36,838 bases of DNA from Nemertoderma westbladi. Taxonomy: Eukaryota > Animalia > Xenacoelomorpha. The translations under genes and the position numbers were made by a program. This document shows positions 36,339 through 36,838 of this stretch, piece after piece. Position 1 is the first letter of the stretch; each line of letters begins with the position of its first letter. The notes under the pieces were generated by a model that was not told the origin of the DNA, did not search any database, and saw nothing but the letters and a program-made list of their open reading frames with translations. The stretch lies in the NCBI GenBank assembly GCA_032718475.1, contig JAUCBJ010004944.1, forward strand, positions 1 to 36,838. Reading direction: 5' to 3'.

Positions 36339-36638
36339 TTCCCCAAGATTGCCACTAGAACAAAATCGCCTCCGCTTTGCAGGACATTGCTTTCGCCGTG
36401 AGGACCAGGCAGTGCATAATCTCGTACTTTGGCAGCCTCATGGAGTGAATAAGCATGGTGGACAGCCATGACTTTCTTGAGACGCATCTTAAAGGACACT
36501 GGCCTTTTAGATGCGGATGATCTAGCAATGTCATGGGTGATAGGGAGTTGTGGCGGTGCAATTTTGTTGACAAGCCGGCACAGCATTCTTAAAAATGCAG
36601 CTGCAATGCAGCATGCCGATCCTAGTAGTAGTAGTAGT
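36339..36638 (+). mobile_element. RTE-group LINE family A copy 5 (3' terminal 300 bp)
   Basis: LEQNRLRFAGHCFRREDQ...; 3' UTR aaaatgcagctgcaatgcagcatgccgatcc identical to copy 4, followed by (TAG)n. Confidence 0.93.
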
Positions 36639-36838
36639 ATTAATTAAAACACGGCAGACAGGTTAAATATTAGTAGTAGCATTAAACTTAATGATGTAAT
36701 AGATTAATATAAGGAATATTATGCGATATTATTAAGGGGGGGGGGGGGGGATATACCCCCCCATGAACCTTTTTTTAAAATGGCTGTCAATTAGTGTTAA
36801 ATTATAATATTGCCATTTTGTCATGGTCAACACTGTAT

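Noticed and set aside
36737-36762. G14-atata-C7 hairpin, and the G tract at 12652-12676
   Set aside because: Probably decayed MITE subterminal tracts; no termini or TSD found.

Overview
Animal (probably invertebrate) nuclear DNA: AT-rich, with GT-AG introns and many transposable elements. I find three host genes. Gene A (minus strand, 4 coding exons, about 1174 aa) is a single-pass membrane protein with signal peptide, LDL-receptor class A repeat, Thr/Pro mucin stalk, SEA-like domain, TM helix and a roughly 880 aa disordered, proline-rich tail. Gene B (minus strand, uninterrupted CDS, 911 aa) has a PLAT/LH2 domain and ankyrin repeats. Gene C (plus strand, 3 exons, about 379 aa) is C6orf89/BRAP-like. 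Each gene has an RFX X-box-like motif upstream. The most conspicuous structure is a roughly 5.8 kb (CACTTA)n/(TAAGTG)n array with internal higher-order structure. It flanks both ends of a 5'-truncated RTE-group LINE whose stop codon runs straight into a (TAG)n tail and the array, and on the LINE/gene B strand the repeat reads (GTAAGT)n, the 5' splice-donor consensus. Also present: five truncated copies of a second RTE-group LINE family (one split by a Sola-like DNA transposon), several MITE/foldback elements, a Harbinger relic, an inverted pair of tRNA-like units and several minisatellites. Family assignments come from motif recognition by eye and have not been checked by database search.
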